Notes: generated from the letters alone by a model not told the origin. Counted from the first letter of the stretch, positions 9,282-20,226 are shown. The stretch is 64,000 nt of DNA from Candidatus Kapaibacterium sp. (GCA_025059875.1 JANXCT010000003.1:4176-68175); one strand, 5' to 3'. A program made the numbers and translations.

Positions 9282-12200
9282 TCACTGCCCGATGACCAGT
9301 CGCCTCGTCTCCGTGTACGGACCCGAACGCAGGCGGTAGAAGTAGATCCCTGGTGCAAGCTGCTCCACCGGCAGCGCGACTCTGTAGACTCCCGCCTCTA
9401 AGACCCCTTCCACAAGCGTCAGCACCCGCTGTCCCATCGCATCGTACACCACTAACTCCGTCGGAGCAGCCATCCCGATGGAGAACTCTACCTCTACCTG
9501 CCGCTGCCCACGAGCCAGCGGCTGCGGATGCACTTGTTGTAGGCTGTACCCCTGTGGACTCAGCCTCACTCGACGGAGGTCGTAGACGCATACTGGCACC
9601 ACCTGAAAGCTGCTGCCGGTTGCTGTAAAGATAACGCAAGCATTCCCTGGAGCTTCTACATTCAGCTTGATCTCGCTCTCCTTCGCCAGCGGAGCTAGAT
9701 ACGCCGTGAACAGCACCCGTACCAACTCCCCGGGTTGGCCGGTGAAGTATTCACCCTGCGGAGCCAGCAACCAGAAGCGGAGCTCCCCACCGGCTACCTG
9801 CACATTCTCCAGCCGCAGCCTTGCTGCAGCCGGGCCTAGCCGGATGCTTCCAGCTTCCGGGGCAATAACTGTGGGATCGAACGTCATCCGCACCCGAAGT
9901 GCCGTAATGGCTGCTCGCTGGATGTCATCGCCTGGCTGGACTTGCACCGGAACCCAGAACTGCGTCCCCGGTATCCCACTCCATGGACCGCCAGCGATCT
10001 GGAAGCTCCGCTGGAAGAAGAGTGCCTCTACCGATAGCCGGGCTCGCACCTCCGGTCGCTCCGAGCTGGTGTTTGCAATCACAAGCTCAACGTCGTAGTT
10101 ACCTGCCTGCGGTACCATATAGACTACAGGGATGTCCACCCCCGCCCCAGGCTGCAGCTCGAACGGTGTAGTAGGTGCTGCTGGACCGAGCTGGAAGGTT
10201 GCCCCTGGCGTAGCGTTCTCCAGACGTATCTCTGTAATCCGAATCGGAGCTGTTCCTGTATTCGCCAGACGCGCATTCAGAGTGCCCTCCGTCCCAGCAC
10301 AGACGGTCGTCCGTGCACCCGTCAAGGCCAACCCTTGGCTGATCCCATTCCCCAGCCAGACGCAGACGGCTTCCGCATTATTCTCGGCATCACTAACTAG
10401 TCGCAGCTCTGCTTGGACGGGCCCTGCCTGCTGAGCTACGAACTCACCCGTAAAGGTCACCCGCTCGCCAGGTTGCAGCACTCGAGGAAGGCCAAGGGCC
10501 GCCTTGTTGTATCGGAACCCGAGCGTTCCAAAGGTAGCCCCTGTCTCCCCTACACTCCCTGCTGGCACAGCCACGATATCCTCTATCCTCACAGCGTCTT
10601 GGAACTCCCACTCCAAGCATTCAATCGTCACCGTCCCTGTATTGGGTGTCGGAGCATTCACCAATGTCGTACCGAAGTCTACCTGTGGTGTCATCCGTAC
10701 CCGCGGCACAATCCCAATCCCTCGCAGGCTAACTGTCACCGGGACCCCGGTGGTGTTCTGCAAGGTTAGCTGCAGCTGGTAATAGCCCGTCGCTTGCGGG
10801 TCAAAGCGCACTGGCACGAGCCTTTCTTCACCCGGCTGGAGTGTCAACCCCACGAAGTCCCCACGGTCGTAGAGGAATCCCGTCGTTGGCCCCGAGGGCA
10901 CAGCATCTGTCACTGTCAGCTCCTGTGTCCCAACGTTGCGGATGAGCACCCCACTGCGCCCGTTATCATCGTACGGGCCACGTCCCACTCGGCGCCGTCC
11001 CCAGTCATATCCTTGTGCCCAAATCTCCGCCCTCACTCCCACACCCTGTAGCAGCGCCACGCTGTCCACCCGACTGGCATTGCTGCTGAACTCAATGGCG
11101 TCCGTGTACGACCGGACCTCTGAAGGAAGGAAATTGACCTGCAGAGTACGTACCTCACCGGGACGTAGCACCAGCGGATTGGTTGGCGAGATGGTCGGCC
11201 AGTTCACCAGACGGAAAACTCCTGGTTCCCTCGGGCCTCGATAGCCCGTGATGACCAAGTCCGTCCGACCTGTGTTGCGCACTTGAATCCATCCCGCAAC
11301 CTCTGTCTTTACGGGAACGGATCCGTAGTCGTAGTCGCTGACCTGAATCTCTGGCTCGTCCACCCGTGCCCTAAGTTCTGTCAGGTAGCGAAAGCTACAT
11401 TCATCTCCGATTCCTACTGAGTCCACAAAGCTGCCGACGGCTGTCGCTGTGAAGCGGATCTGGTACTCCACCTCCTCGCCCGGCCGCACCACTAATGGCA
11501 GCGTTGGCGGTGACACAAACGCAAAACCTCTGTTCCCGTCCTTCAGCCGTAGCTGCGTGATCCGCATCGGCTGGTAGCCAGCCACGTCTGGCACACTGAT
11601 CCGAACCGTTAGCATCCGGCTCTGCCCTATCTGCAGTAGTCCATAGTCGAGCAGTGCTGGCTCCATGCGCACTACAAACGGAGAATACTCCGCTGTAATG
11701 CAGGTGTCATTCCCCCGCCGATCGGAGAAGACCACTACCGCCCGTGCTGGCTGGAGTGGGTCCTGCACTTCGAGGCGCCACCGCACCGCTGCTGTAGTAC
11801 CCGGTATCAGCTGATCTAGCAGCGTCAGTGTGTAGTTGTAACTCCGCTCCGCATCCAAGCGTACCTCCGACAGGTTGCTGCGAATGGCTGCGTCCGTAGG
11901 ACGATCGCTCACGAACCCCTCCGCTGTCCCGTCGCATTGCTGCGTCCACGTCACTAGCGGTGGCAGCGTGTCAGCCGGGTCCAGCATCCTGCCGAATGCC
12001 ATCGTCGTTACAAAACCGTACGAGTCGTAGTCAGAGCCTCCGTAAGAGTATGCCATGAAGGGGAAGTTCCCACTCCGCGAGCGGATCTCAAAGACTCCGT
12101 TGTACGGCAGGCGCAGCAGCTTGAACGCCCACATCCGCCCGTTGACCCGAACTCGGAAGGGAATCCGTGTGGGGTCGAACTTAGAGCGAATCGGTGTCCA

Positions 12201-13508
12201 AACGAGCTGTCCCCCAATGAACTCCCCGAACTCTAAATCGCTGGGCACTGTCCCGTCTGGATTGAGCGGGAAGACCAGATTGATGAAGTTTCGCGGGAAG
12301 GGAGCCACCGCCCCTCCACGGGCACCAGGAGTGGAGAAGATGACATGGGTCTGGGCCTGCTCCAACGGCGGTAGTGCCATCTGGAAGGGGTCCGTAGGCT
12401 GCGGTGGATCGGTCTCTTGCCCTTTGTTGTACTGCACTACATAAATCGGCTTGTCAGCAGAGATCACGATTGGCCGAGGTCCTGCCGGATCCGGGTCTTC
12501 AATATCCAGCCATGCCTCCCCACGCAGTCCACCAAACCCCTTGGTGATGACGGCGTACTCTTGACCATCCAGATACACCCGCGTATTGGGCTCTTTGGCA
12601 AAGATGCGGACGACGGAATTCTGATTCCGCATTCGGTTTGCGCCGAAGATCGGCGTCACGAAGTACGTCTTGCCCCATGCGTACATGGGTAGCTCCATCT
12701 CCACGATGAAGTCGCACCATCGCATGGAGGTGGGCACGTTCGCACACTGGTTCCCTGAGATAACCGCCACCGGCTTTGTAGCCACAATCCGACTTCCACT
12801 CAAGTCAGCTTCCGGCCCGTAGCTGCTGATTGCCACTACATCTCCCTTCTGCAGCGTCCATCGCTTCGTCTGTCCAGGCCGCATGCCCCCACGTGTCCTC
12901 GTGTAGGGGTTCCCATACAGTGTGAAGAAGACCTCCGTGTTGTCATAGGCTGCCACAATCACCGTCTCCGAGGGCAGATAGTACCCTGGGTACATCGCCG
13001 ACATGTCCGGATAAGAGGCTACGACGTACTCAGTGCCCAACATCGACACCGGTATCGCCATGAAGGCGTCCGTCGTGTAGACGAAGCGCGTCACGCCGTA
13101 GACGGCAATCGGGACCTCCGACACGATATGGACCCCCGCTTTGGAGTAGATTTGATCCTCCGACGGAGCATCCCCCGTAGGAGCCTTTGTGTATGGCTGG
13201 CCGATTGCGGGCGTCAGCGTCACCTCCACAACATCATGCGGGATAGTGTAGACCTCCCGGTAGAAGCCCTTGCCTGGGACCTCTACGACGACCTTCCCGC
13301 GCGCCCAAGCAGCGATGTAGATAACCACATTGTTCTGTGCCCCGAAGACTTCTTCATAGCAGGGGGGGAAGGAGAGGTAGAATTCTGTGCCAACATTGCT
13401 GTTCTTGAAGCGCTGGAAGCAGACCTGACCTGTCTGCGCCGCTACGTTACTGACCGCTAGGAGCAGCATTCCAACGATGCTCCCCCACAGAACTCGCTGC
13501 AGTGTCAT
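9282..13508 (-). CDS. Large secreted protein: IgGFc-binding-like N-domain, about 5 choice-of-anchor D/ASH Ig-like repeats, cohesin-like segment, T9SS C-terminal domain
   Basis: Signal peptide (MTLQRVLW...VAA). GTEFYLSF...TDAFMAIPVSMLGTEYVV...GSRIVATKPVAVISG resembles IgGFc_binding. Repeated DYG/DFG...NTG units. Ends YDAMGQRV...LAPGIYFYRL...TRRLVI. Confidence 0.8.
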   Translation of the reverse strand: MTLQRVLWGSIVGMLLLAVSNVAAQTGQVCFQRFKNSNVGTEFYLSFPPCYEEVFGAQNNVVIYIAAWARGKVVVEVPGKGFYREVYTIPHDVVEVTLTPAIGQPYTKAPTGDAPSEDQIYSKAGVHIVSEVPIAVYGVTRFVYTTDAFMAIPVSMLGTEYVVASYPDMSAMYPGYYLPSETVIVAAYDNTEVFFTLYGNPYTRTRGGMRPGQTKRWTLQKGDVVAISSYGPEADLSGSRIVATKPVAVISGNQCANVPTSMRWCDFIVEMELPMYAWGKTYFVTPIFGANRMRNQNSVVRIFAKEPNTRVYLDGQEYAVITKGFGGLRGEAWLDIEDPDPAGPRPIVISADKPIYVVQYNKGQETDPPQPTDPFQMALPPLEQAQTHVIFSTPGARGGAVAPFPRNFINLVFPLNPDGTVPSDLEFGEFIGGQLVWTPIRSKFDPTRIPFRVRVNGRMWAFKLLRLPYNGVFEIRSRSGNFPFMAYSYGGSDYDSYGFVTTMAFGRMLDPADTLPPLVTWTQQCDGTAEGFVSDRPTDAAIRSNLSEVRLDAERSYNYTLTLLDQLIPGTTAAVRWRLEVQDPLQPARAVVVFSDRRGNDTCITAEYSPFVVRMEPALLDYGLLQIGQSRMLTVRISVPDVAGYQPMRITQLRLKDGNRGFAFVSPPTLPLVVRPGEEVEYQIRFTATAVGSFVDSVGIGDECSFRYLTELRARVDEPEIQVSDYDYGSVPVKTEVAGWIQVRNTGRTDLVITGYRGPREPGVFRLVNWPTISPTNPLVLRPGEVRTLQVNFLPSEVRSYTDAIEFSSNASRVDSVALLQGVGVRAEIWAQGYDWGRRRVGRGPYDDNGRSGVLIRNVGTQELTVTDAVPSGPTTGFLYDRGDFVGLTLQPGEERLVPVRFDPQATGYYQLQLTLQNTTGVPVTVSLRGIGIVPRVRMTPQVDFGTTLVNAPTPNTGTVTIECLEWEFQDAVRIEDIVAVPAGSVGETGATFGTLGFRYNKAALGLPRVLQPGERVTFTGEFVAQQAGPVQAELRLVSDAENNAEAVCVWLGNGISQGLALTGARTTVCAGTEGTLNARLANTGTAPIRITEIRLENATPGATFQLGPAAPTTPFELQPGAGVDIPVVYMVPQAGNYDVELVIANTSSERPEVRARLSVEALFFQRSFQIAGGPWSGIPGTQFWVPVQVQPGDDIQRAAITALRVRMTFDPTVIAPEAGSIRLGPAAARLRLENVQVAGGELRFWLLAPQGEYFTGQPGELVRVLFTAYLAPLAKESEIKLNVEAPGNACVIFTATGSSFQVVPVCVYDLRRVRLSPQGYSLQQVHPQPLARGQRQVEVEFSIGMAAPTELVVYDAMGQRVLTLVEGVLEAGVYRVALPVEQLAPGIYFYRLRSGPYTETRRLVIGQ

Positions 13509-13555
13509 AGTCCACCCCGCTGGGTAACTGTGCAACATCCTAGCACTATGTGCCC

Positions 13556-13563
13556 CAAAGTTA
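13556..13563 (-). promoter_or_regulatory. -7 promoter element (TAACTTTG)
   Basis: Exact TAnnTTTG match 47 nt upstream of ATG 13508, supporting that start over 13625. Confidence 0.55.
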
Positions 13564-13644
13564 CAAATTCTGCCCGGACTAGGCTTAACTGCCAAAGTCG
13601 TCCGTGCGACTATGTCAAACCGCAAAGAGCGCCCTTTTCCTCCC

Positions 13645-15876
13645 TTACGGACGCAGAAGGAGGACCTTGGCTTGCGCCCACTCTCCCGTCGCCGCCGAGA
13701 GGGCCGTAATGATGTAGACCCCCTCGGGAACCAGTTCCCCCCGCTCGTTGCGACCGTCCCAATACCCCATACGACCGCTCGTCTGGAAACGTGCTACTAC
13801 AAGCCCCTCAAGCGTTAAGACCCGGACGATGCTCTGCTCTGCAAGACCATCAATTCGAAGCACTTCGTCCTGCTCTGGCACAAACGGCTGTGGAAAGCAG
13901 CGTAGAGAGTAACTTCCTTGCGGCAGGCGCGCAGAAGTCTCAAGCACTGCCAGCCCTGCCCGAGTTCCAGCGAAGACACGGCCACTCTGATGTTCTATCG
14001 TCACGCCACGCACCCCATTGCTCGGGAGAGGGCTATTCTCAGCCGTCAGGCGCAATAACACAGCCGTAGCATCTGGGTTTACAACCCAGAGTCCCGCGTC
14101 AGTGGCCAACCACTTGTTGTTGTGGACATCCACAGCTATGGCGTACACGGCCTGCTCGCGCAAGAGACTGACGTTCCGGACTACCGGGATGCTTCCACTG
14201 AGCACAGCCCCAGGGTTGAGAACGACGCCAACCCCGCTCGGAGTTCCCACCCACACCATTCCCTCGCGATCTACCGCTAAGGCGTAGATGATGTTACTCG
14301 GCAGCGCCGAGCTTGCCGTGGTTAACCGACCGAGTACCTCTGGACGCCCTCCTTCTGCTTCGCGGAAGTAGAAGAGTCCATCGCTGACAAGGGAGCCGAA
14401 CCACTTCGTCCCGAAAGGATCCACCACGAGTGGAAGATTCTGCCGCTGGCTCGTGGGTAGCCCAGTGGCGAAAGACTCTACCTGGCCGTCTGGAGTACGT
14501 CGGAAAAGCGCACCACTAACACACCAGTGGCATATCCCCCACAGGTTGCCCATAGCATCGGCGGCCAGCTCGCCAATGGCAAGGTACATCGTATCCGACG
14601 GTATCCCTCGGAGTGGTGTCGTGGTGGCGTCATAGCGCGTCAGGACGAACCCTGTGTCCGTAGCCATCACCTGCATGAGCCCCCGACCCCAGCTTGCGAA
14701 CCAAGCTTCCCTACCTGCGGCCGAGACAAAAGCTCGGTGGTACTCGTTTACACCTAGCTGCGGTGCGGTAGCCGTAGTAAATCCATACCACTGTCCACGG
14801 TAGAGGCAGGCAAAGCCGCGCCCAGCCGTGCGATCCGTAGCACACCAGAGGTTCCCCTCAGCGTCAACAGCACACGAGAGTAACAAGTTCGTATGTGGAG
14901 AGTTTGGTCGTAGCGGATGCCAGCGCTGTCTATCCCAACCCCACAGCCCCTGCTCTTCGGCACCCACCATTAGATAGAAGCTCCCCCCGACGACGCTCCC
15001 CCACATCCCCGACAGCGTGGCTGTTGGAGCCACGAGCTGTTGACGGGTCGGCAATTCCTGCCATACTTCCCCTCGCGTCGCCACCCAAAGGCTGTCCCGA
15101 TGGCCCGCTATTCCAACAACAGGTTGCGAATACGCGCGGAGCTGCCCGACAGCGCCGTCTCGGTAGAAGAAGACCTCCGTCGCCGTTGCTACAACCAGTA
15201 CCGACGCCATCGGCAGCAAGAAGCGCACCCCTGAACTCAGCTCTCGGCTCTGGATGACACGCCACGCCGCCGGGTCCCCAAGGAAAGGAGCATCCAACCC
15301 AATGGCGGCCAGTCCCGATGCTGTCCCTACCCACAGAGTATCCCGCCATGCGCAGAGAGCGGTCACTGCTGTCCCGGCTTGGAAGCCTCCGATCCGTAGG
15401 ACTGATTGGGCAATGATCCGGCGACGTAGCTCCAGCAGAACCAGTCCAAAGCCCGTTCCTAAGTAGGCATAGGGACCGCGGAGGAGGATTGCTGTGATCT
15501 GCTTCGAAGGGAGCCCCGGCTGTGTATAGATGTCGGTGACGTGGTACCACTCCCCACTGCTGTCCCGTACCTCCACGATACCATCGAAGCTGCCGGCCAC
15601 AACATAACCGTCACCGGCGGCAATGGCAGTAAAGTCGTGTGTCAAGAGCCCCTCCGTGCGTCGCACAGTTGTCAGCTGTCCTGTCTGTGGGGTGTAGGCA
15701 AAGAGTCCTCCGCTAGTGGCAGCCCAGAGGCGTTCGCCATCGGTGGTGACACCTCGGACCGTGAGGAGCGAAGTGTGGAGCTCCCACCGCTCGATCCGCG
15801 GAACAACGTCAGCGAGAGCGGCACTGCTACCAAGTGCAACGCCTAGCAGCACGCATTGCAGCCCTCTCTGCATCAT
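13645..15876 (-). CDS. PorZ-like beta-propeller protein with T9SS C-terminal domain
   Basis: Signal peptide, regulator-propeller repeats (AVDAEGNLW, VDPFGTKW, AVDREGMVW, AVDVHNNKW, ENSPLPSN), C-terminal FPQPF...WDGRNERGELVPEGVYI. Confidence 0.75.
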   Translation of the reverse strand: MMQRGLQCVLLGVALGSSAALADVVPRIERWELHTSLLTVRGVTTDGERLWAATSGGLFAYTPQTGQLTTVRRTEGLLTHDFTAIAAGDGYVVAGSFDGIVEVRDSSGEWYHVTDIYTQPGLPSKQITAILLRGPYAYLGTGFGLVLLELRRRIIAQSVLRIGGFQAGTAVTALCAWRDTLWVGTASGLAAIGLDAPFLGDPAAWRVIQSRELSSGVRFLLPMASVLVVATATEVFFYRDGAVGQLRAYSQPVVGIAGHRDSLWVATRGEVWQELPTRQQLVAPTATLSGMWGSVVGGSFYLMVGAEEQGLWGWDRQRWHPLRPNSPHTNLLLSCAVDAEGNLWCATDRTAGRGFACLYRGQWYGFTTATAPQLGVNEYHRAFVSAAGREAWFASWGRGLMQVMATDTGFVLTRYDATTTPLRGIPSDTMYLAIGELAADAMGNLWGICHWCVSGALFRRTPDGQVESFATGLPTSQRQNLPLVVDPFGTKWFGSLVSDGLFYFREAEGGRPEVLGRLTTASSALPSNIIYALAVDREGMVWVGTPSGVGVVLNPGAVLSGSIPVVRNVSLLREQAVYAIAVDVHNNKWLATDAGLWVVNPDATAVLLRLTAENSPLPSNGVRGVTIEHQSGRVFAGTRAGLAVLETSARLPQGSYSLRCFPQPFVPEQDEVLRIDGLAEQSIVRVLTLEGLVVARFQTSGRMGYWDGRNERGELVPEGVYIITALSAATGEWAQAKVLLLRP

Positions 15877-16343
15877 TCACGCAAGCGCCGCAGGAGATTG
15901 ACCATCTCCAACGCCGTCAGAGCAGCCTCTGCTCCCTTGTTCCCAAGCTTCCCACCTGACCGCTCGAGGGCCTGCTCCAGCGTGTCCGTCGTCAACACGC
16001 CGAAGACACAGGGAAGACGCACCTGAAGAGCGCTCTGCATGATCCCAGCCGCTACCTGGGCGGCAATGTACTCAAAGTGTGGGGTCTCGCCCCGAATGAC
16101 GGCTCCAAGCGCAATGACAGCATCGTATCGGCCACTCCGGGCCAGCTCTTGGACAACTAGCGGGATCTCAAAGCTCCCCGGACAGTGCACGACCGTAATC
16201 GCATCGTCCGCCACCCCATGCTGGCGCAATGCGATGAGAGCCCCCGCCAGAAGGCGCTCGGTGACGAGTTCGTTCCACCGTGCGACAACGATTGCAATCG
16301 AGACACCCTCGCCGTACAGTCTCCCCTCTATGGCCTGCGGCAT
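15873..16343 (-). CDS. ribH: 6,7-dimethyl-8-ribityllumazine synthase
   Basis: IVVARWN, PGSFEIP, LGAVIRGETPHFEYI, FGVLT, NKGAEAA. Confidence 0.97.
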   Translation of the reverse strand: MPQAIEGRLYGEGVSIAIVVARWNELVTERLLAGALIALRQHGVADDAITVVHCPGSFEIPLVVQELARSGRYDAVIALGAVIRGETPHFEYIAAQVAAGIMQSALQVRLPCVFGVLTTDTLEQALERSGGKLGNKGAEAALTALEMVNLLRRLRE

Positions 16344-16358
16344 GGCAAGCCCACAAAT

Positions 16359-17900
16359 TCACTCCCACTCAATCGTGGCTGGCGGTTTGCTGGAGATGTC
16401 GTAGACGACACGGTTGATCCCCCGCACTTCGTTGATGATACGGTTTGCAACCGCTGCCAGGAACTCCTCTGGCAACCGAGCCCAGTCAGCGGTCATCCCA
16501 TCGGTGCTGGTCACAGCCCGTAGAGCACACACGTACTCGTACGTACGTTCATCCCCCATGACTCCGACGCTCTGGACAGGGAGGAGTACGGCGAAGGCTT
16601 GCCAAACACTGTCGTAGAGTCCTGCCTTCTGGAGCTCCTCCACGAAGATGGCATCGGCACGCCGCAGTAGCGTAAGCCGCTCAAGAGTCACCTCCCCAAG
16701 GACGCGAATGGCCAGCCCTGGCCCGGGGAAAGGATGGCGCCGCAGGAACCCCTCTGGGATTCCCAGCTCTCGTCCGACGGCCCGCACTTCGTCCTTGAAG
16801 AGCTCACGTAGAGGCTCCAGCAGCTTGAGCTGCATGCGCTCCGGGAGGCCGCCAACGTTGTGGTGGGTCTTGATCGTCGCCGATGGGCCTCGCACAGAGG
16901 TAGACTCAATCACATCGGGATAGAGGGTCCCCTGGGCTAACCAACGGGCATCGGGGAAACGCTGGGCTTCACGCTCGAAGAGCTCTATGAACGTGTGCCC
17001 AATGATCCGGCGCTTCAGCTCTGGATCCACAACCCCCCGAAGTCGGCTCAGGAAGAGCTCGCTGCCGTCCACGACCGTCAATGGAATGCGGAAGTGCTGC
17101 TGGAAGAGATCCGCAATTGTTTGGCTTTCCCCCTCGCGCATGAGGCCAGTGTCTACATGGATGCAGTGCAGACGGTCACCGATGGCACGATGGACGAGGA
17201 CTGCCGTCACTGTAGAATCCACCCCACCGCTCAAGGCGCAGAGGACCCGTTCCCTATTGACCGTGCGGCGAATCTCTTCCACGGCAGCTTCGATGAACGC
17301 TGCTGGCGTCCACTCTGCGCGGCAACCGCAGATACGGCGAGCGAAGTTCTCCAGCATCTGGCGCCCGTACGGAGTATGCTCGACCTCGGGGTGGAACTGC
17401 ACTCCCCAGAACTGGCGCTCCCGATAGCGGATAGCAGCAATGGGGGCATTCTCCGTGTAGCCGATACGTTCAAACCCTTCCGGCAAGCGGCTGAGGGCAT
17501 CCCCATGGCTCATCCACACCGTCGTCGGGCTAGGGATGCCGGCGAAGAGATCGCTGCTATCCAGGATATGGAGCTCGGCGCGACCGTATTCGCGCCGGTT
17601 CGCCTGGATGACCTCCCCGCCGAAGAGGTGCCCCAGCAACTGGAGTCCGTAGCAGATTCCCAAGATCGGAACACCGAGCTCAAAGACGCCCGGATCCGGA
17701 TACGGCGCCCCAGGCTCGTAGACGCTAGCTGGCCCCCCTGAGAGTACGATTCCCTGCGGGGCCAGGGCTCGTAGCGTGGAAGCCGGTGTACTGTACGGCA
17801 CAATTTCAGCGTATACGCCGCTCTCCCGAATCCGGCGGGCAATCAACTGCGTATACTGGGAGCCGAAGTCCAAGACAACGATCCGCTCACGATGCTCCAT
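16359..17900 (-). CDS. guaA: GMP synthase (glutamine-hydrolysing)
   Basis: [55 protein letters not shown]. Confidence 0.98.
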   Translation of the reverse strand: MEHRERIVVLDFGSQYTQLIARRIRESGVYAEIVPYSTPASTLRALAPQGIVLSGGPASVYEPGAPYPDPGVFELGVPILGICYGLQLLGHLFGGEVIQANRREYGRAELHILDSSDLFAGIPSPTTVWMSHGDALSRLPEGFERIGYTENAPIAAIRYRERQFWGVQFHPEVEHTPYGRQMLENFARRICGCRAEWTPAAFIEAAVEEIRRTVNRERVLCALSGGVDSTVTAVLVHRAIGDRLHCIHVDTGLMREGESQTIADLFQQHFRIPLTVVDGSELFLSRLRGVVDPELKRRIIGHTFIELFEREAQRFPDARWLAQGTLYPDVIESTSVRGPSATIKTHHNVGGLPERMQLKLLEPLRELFKDEVRAVGRELGIPEGFLRRHPFPGPGLAIRVLGEVTLERLTLLRRADAIFVEELQKAGLYDSVWQAFAVLLPVQSVGVMGDERTYEYVCALRAVTSTDGMTADWARLPEEFLAAVANRIINEVRGINRVVYDISSKPPATIEWE

Positions 17901-17927
17901 CAGTGCAGGCAGCCACACCAGTCGCTA

Positions 17928-17935
17928 CAAACTTA
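17928..17935 (-). promoter_or_regulatory. -7 promoter element (TAAGTTTG) for the guaA-ribH-porZ-like unit
   Basis: Exact TAnnTTTG match 27 nt upstream of the guaA ATG. Confidence 0.55.
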
Positions 17936-18371
17936 GGGCGCTTGCCCTCTCACGGTGGCTTCCCAGCAGGTATAGAGCGGCTATCCTGTGCTGCCGAAGC
18001 CTGTGGGGAGCGTTCGTAGAGGAAAGCCTTGCCTCAAGATGGCCACCACTCCCCGACCCGAATACCTCCGTGTGGCCACAGCAGTGTGGTAGCGGTGCTG
18101 CAGCCACGGCAGCCCTCCCAAACTGTCCGTTAGCCACGACTCACGGCGTCCCTTCCTGCCAGGCCGCCAGGACATTTTCCAACCGAAGAGACGCTACCAT
18201 TCGCCCGTTGCAGAGACGGCCAGATGAGGTACCTGGGAGCTATATCACGGGCGCCGCCCGAGAGGACCTTCTCCTTGTGGATTAACGCTGCCACCTCTGC
18301 GATGGCCTCGCAAAGGACCGACCACCAACTCGCTCCTCCCGGAGAACTAGCAGAAGAAGTCTGCTACGCCC

Positions 18372-20078
18372 TCACTTCAGGCATGGCCGTTCGCTATCCA
18401 AGCAGAAATCACGCACGTGAATGACTGGCACACCAGCTTGCCGTTCCGTCCCGCCTCGCTCCTCTAGAGTGTAGAGGATACTCAGCGGTTGCCGCTCCCC
18501 CACAACATCGAGGTAGTGCACGCCATTCAATACGCCATCCATCCAGACCCCTTGCTGTTCCAAGCGGCAGCTATTGTCGGAACGGCAGCGGTGGAGGCGG
18601 ACGCGATGTGCCAGGAAGACTGGGCGGAAGTTCTCGTACCCGAACGGCGCCAAACGGCGAAGCAGCAGCAAAAACTGCGGCGTAATCTTGGCAAAGTCTA
18701 GCACGGCATCGACTCGGAGCTCGGGACGTTCAGCAGGCTGCAGCTCACTCTGACTAGCGAATCGCTCCACAGCTTCGCTGAAAGCCCCTACCTGGTCCTC
18801 CCGCAGAACGACACCGGCTGCAAACGGATGGCCACCGTAATCGCATGTATGGGCTGAACACGCCGCCAGCAGCTCCAGTAGGTTCACCGCTCCTCCACTT
18901 CGCGCCGAGCCCTTCACGAAGCCACCAACACGGCTCAGCAAGATGACCGGAACTTGGAAGCGTTCTGCGATCCGCGTAGCTACAATGCCCAGTACGCCAG
19001 GGTGCCATTGCGGGTTGTAAAGCACCACCGAACGGTATCCTTGGCGCGTCAGCAGCTCCTCAGCTTGCCCTATGGCCTCAGCATAGACCTGCTCAGCGAT
19101 TGTGCGGCGCCGGAAGTTCTCGCACTCCAGCTCCTGAGCGATCCGGAACGCAACACCTTCGTCCGTCTGGAGCAGCAGCTCCACAGCTCGGCGGGCATCC
19201 CCTAGCCGTCCGGCAGCGTTAATCCGCGGTGCTAGTGCTAGCAGGATGTCGGCCGTCGTGACGTTCTGCGAAGGCATCCCAACGCACTGCAAGAGCCCTA
19301 ATAGCCCCGGCCGAGGTTGGGTCCGGATTCGCTGTAACCCCAAAGCCGTCAGTACACGGTTCTCCTCCACAAGAGGAACGAGGTCTGCCACCGTTGCCAA
19401 TGCCACCAGGTCCAAATACTCAAACGCCTGCTCCGGCTCGCCCCACCGCTGTGCCGCTGCCCAAACGAGCTTGAAGACAACCCCGCAGGCAGCCAACAGT
19501 GGGAATGGGAAACCACTATCAGCGAGCCGGGGATTCAAGATGGCTGTAGCCTCTGGCAGAGGTCCGGTCGGTTCGTGATGGTCGCAAATGATGACATCCG
19601 CTCCTCTCTCGCGAGCATACGCAACTGCCTCCGCAGCGTTGATACCGGAATCCACGGCAACGATGAGCGTGGCCCCCGCATTGACTGCCCGCTCTACTCC
19701 TTCTACCGTCAGCCCGTAGCCCTCTTGGAACCGGTCAGGGACATGGTACCTCACCTGGAGGCCCCAGCGCGACAGAAAGTCTACTAGGACGGCAGTGCTG
19801 GCAGTGCCATCCACGTCGTAGTCCCCGTGAACCCAAACTAGTTCCTGCTCGTAACGTGCTCTCTCCAACCGAGCGACCGCTGCCTCCATATCATGGAAGA
19901 GCCACGGTGAATGGAGCTGTTCGGCCGAAGGATGGAGGAACCGTTGGGCGGCCTCAGGAGTCCGAATGCCACGAGCTGCGAGGATTGCCGCAATCCCCTT
20001 CGGCATTCCAGTGGCACGGGCTAGCGCTGCAATCTCTTCCTCTGTGGCCAAACCACGCCACGTCCAGCGGTATTTCAC
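18372..20078 (-). CDS. recJ: Single-stranded-DNA exonuclease RecJ
   Basis: GDYDVDG, DHH, ATVADLVPL, PRINAAGRL, GSARS, GGHPFAAG. GTG start at 20078 chosen because a TAACTTTG element lies at 20114-20121. Confidence 0.93.
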   Translation of the reverse strand: MKYRWTWRGLATEEEIAALARATGMPKGIAAILAARGIRTPEAAQRFLHPSAEQLHSPWLFHDMEAAVARLERARYEQELVWVHGDYDVDGTASTAVLVDFLSRWGLQVRYHVPDRFQEGYGLTVEGVERAVNAGATLIVAVDSGINAAEAVAYARERGADVIICDHHEPTGPLPEATAILNPRLADSGFPFPLLAACGVVFKLVWAAAQRWGEPEQAFEYLDLVALATVADLVPLVEENRVLTALGLQRIRTQPRPGLLGLLQCVGMPSQNVTTADILLALAPRINAAGRLGDARRAVELLLQTDEGVAFRIAQELECENFRRRTIAEQVYAEAIGQAEELLTRQGYRSVVLYNPQWHPGVLGIVATRIAERFQVPVILLSRVGGFVKGSARSGGAVNLLELLAACSAHTCDYGGHPFAAGVVLREDQVGAFSEAVERFASQSELQPAERPELRVDAVLDFAKITPQFLLLLRRLAPFGYENFRPVFLAHRVRLHRCRSDNSCRLEQQGVWMDGVLNGVHYLDVVGERQPLSILYTLEERGGTERQAGVPVIHVRDFCLDSERPCLK

Positions 20079-20113
20079 TGTTGCCCCTGCAGAGTGTGGG
20101 ACTGACCCGGACG

Positions 20114-20186
20114 CAAAGTTAGGAGCCGCAACGACGCCAGGAGAAACTGAGCTGCTTCGTTGCCTTTGCGCTGCAGCGTATCTTTG
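20114..20186. promoter_or_regulatory. Divergent -7 elements for recJ (TAACTTTG, minus, 20114-20121) and the arginase-family gene (TATCTTTG, plus, 20179-20186)
   Basis: Two exact TAnnTTTG matches back to back. Confidence 0.55.
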
Positions 20187-20226
20187 CGACAGCGAGGGGG
20201 AGCTTAGGACGTACAGCTCCGCAGAC

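Noticed and set aside
18005..18060. GAGGAAAGCC resembling the RNase P RNA GAGGAAAGUCC motif, or a purine riboswitch upstream of guaA
   Set aside because: The match is imperfect, other RNase P conserved segments are absent, and no purine-riboswitch core is seen. The guaA promoter element lies downstream of this region.
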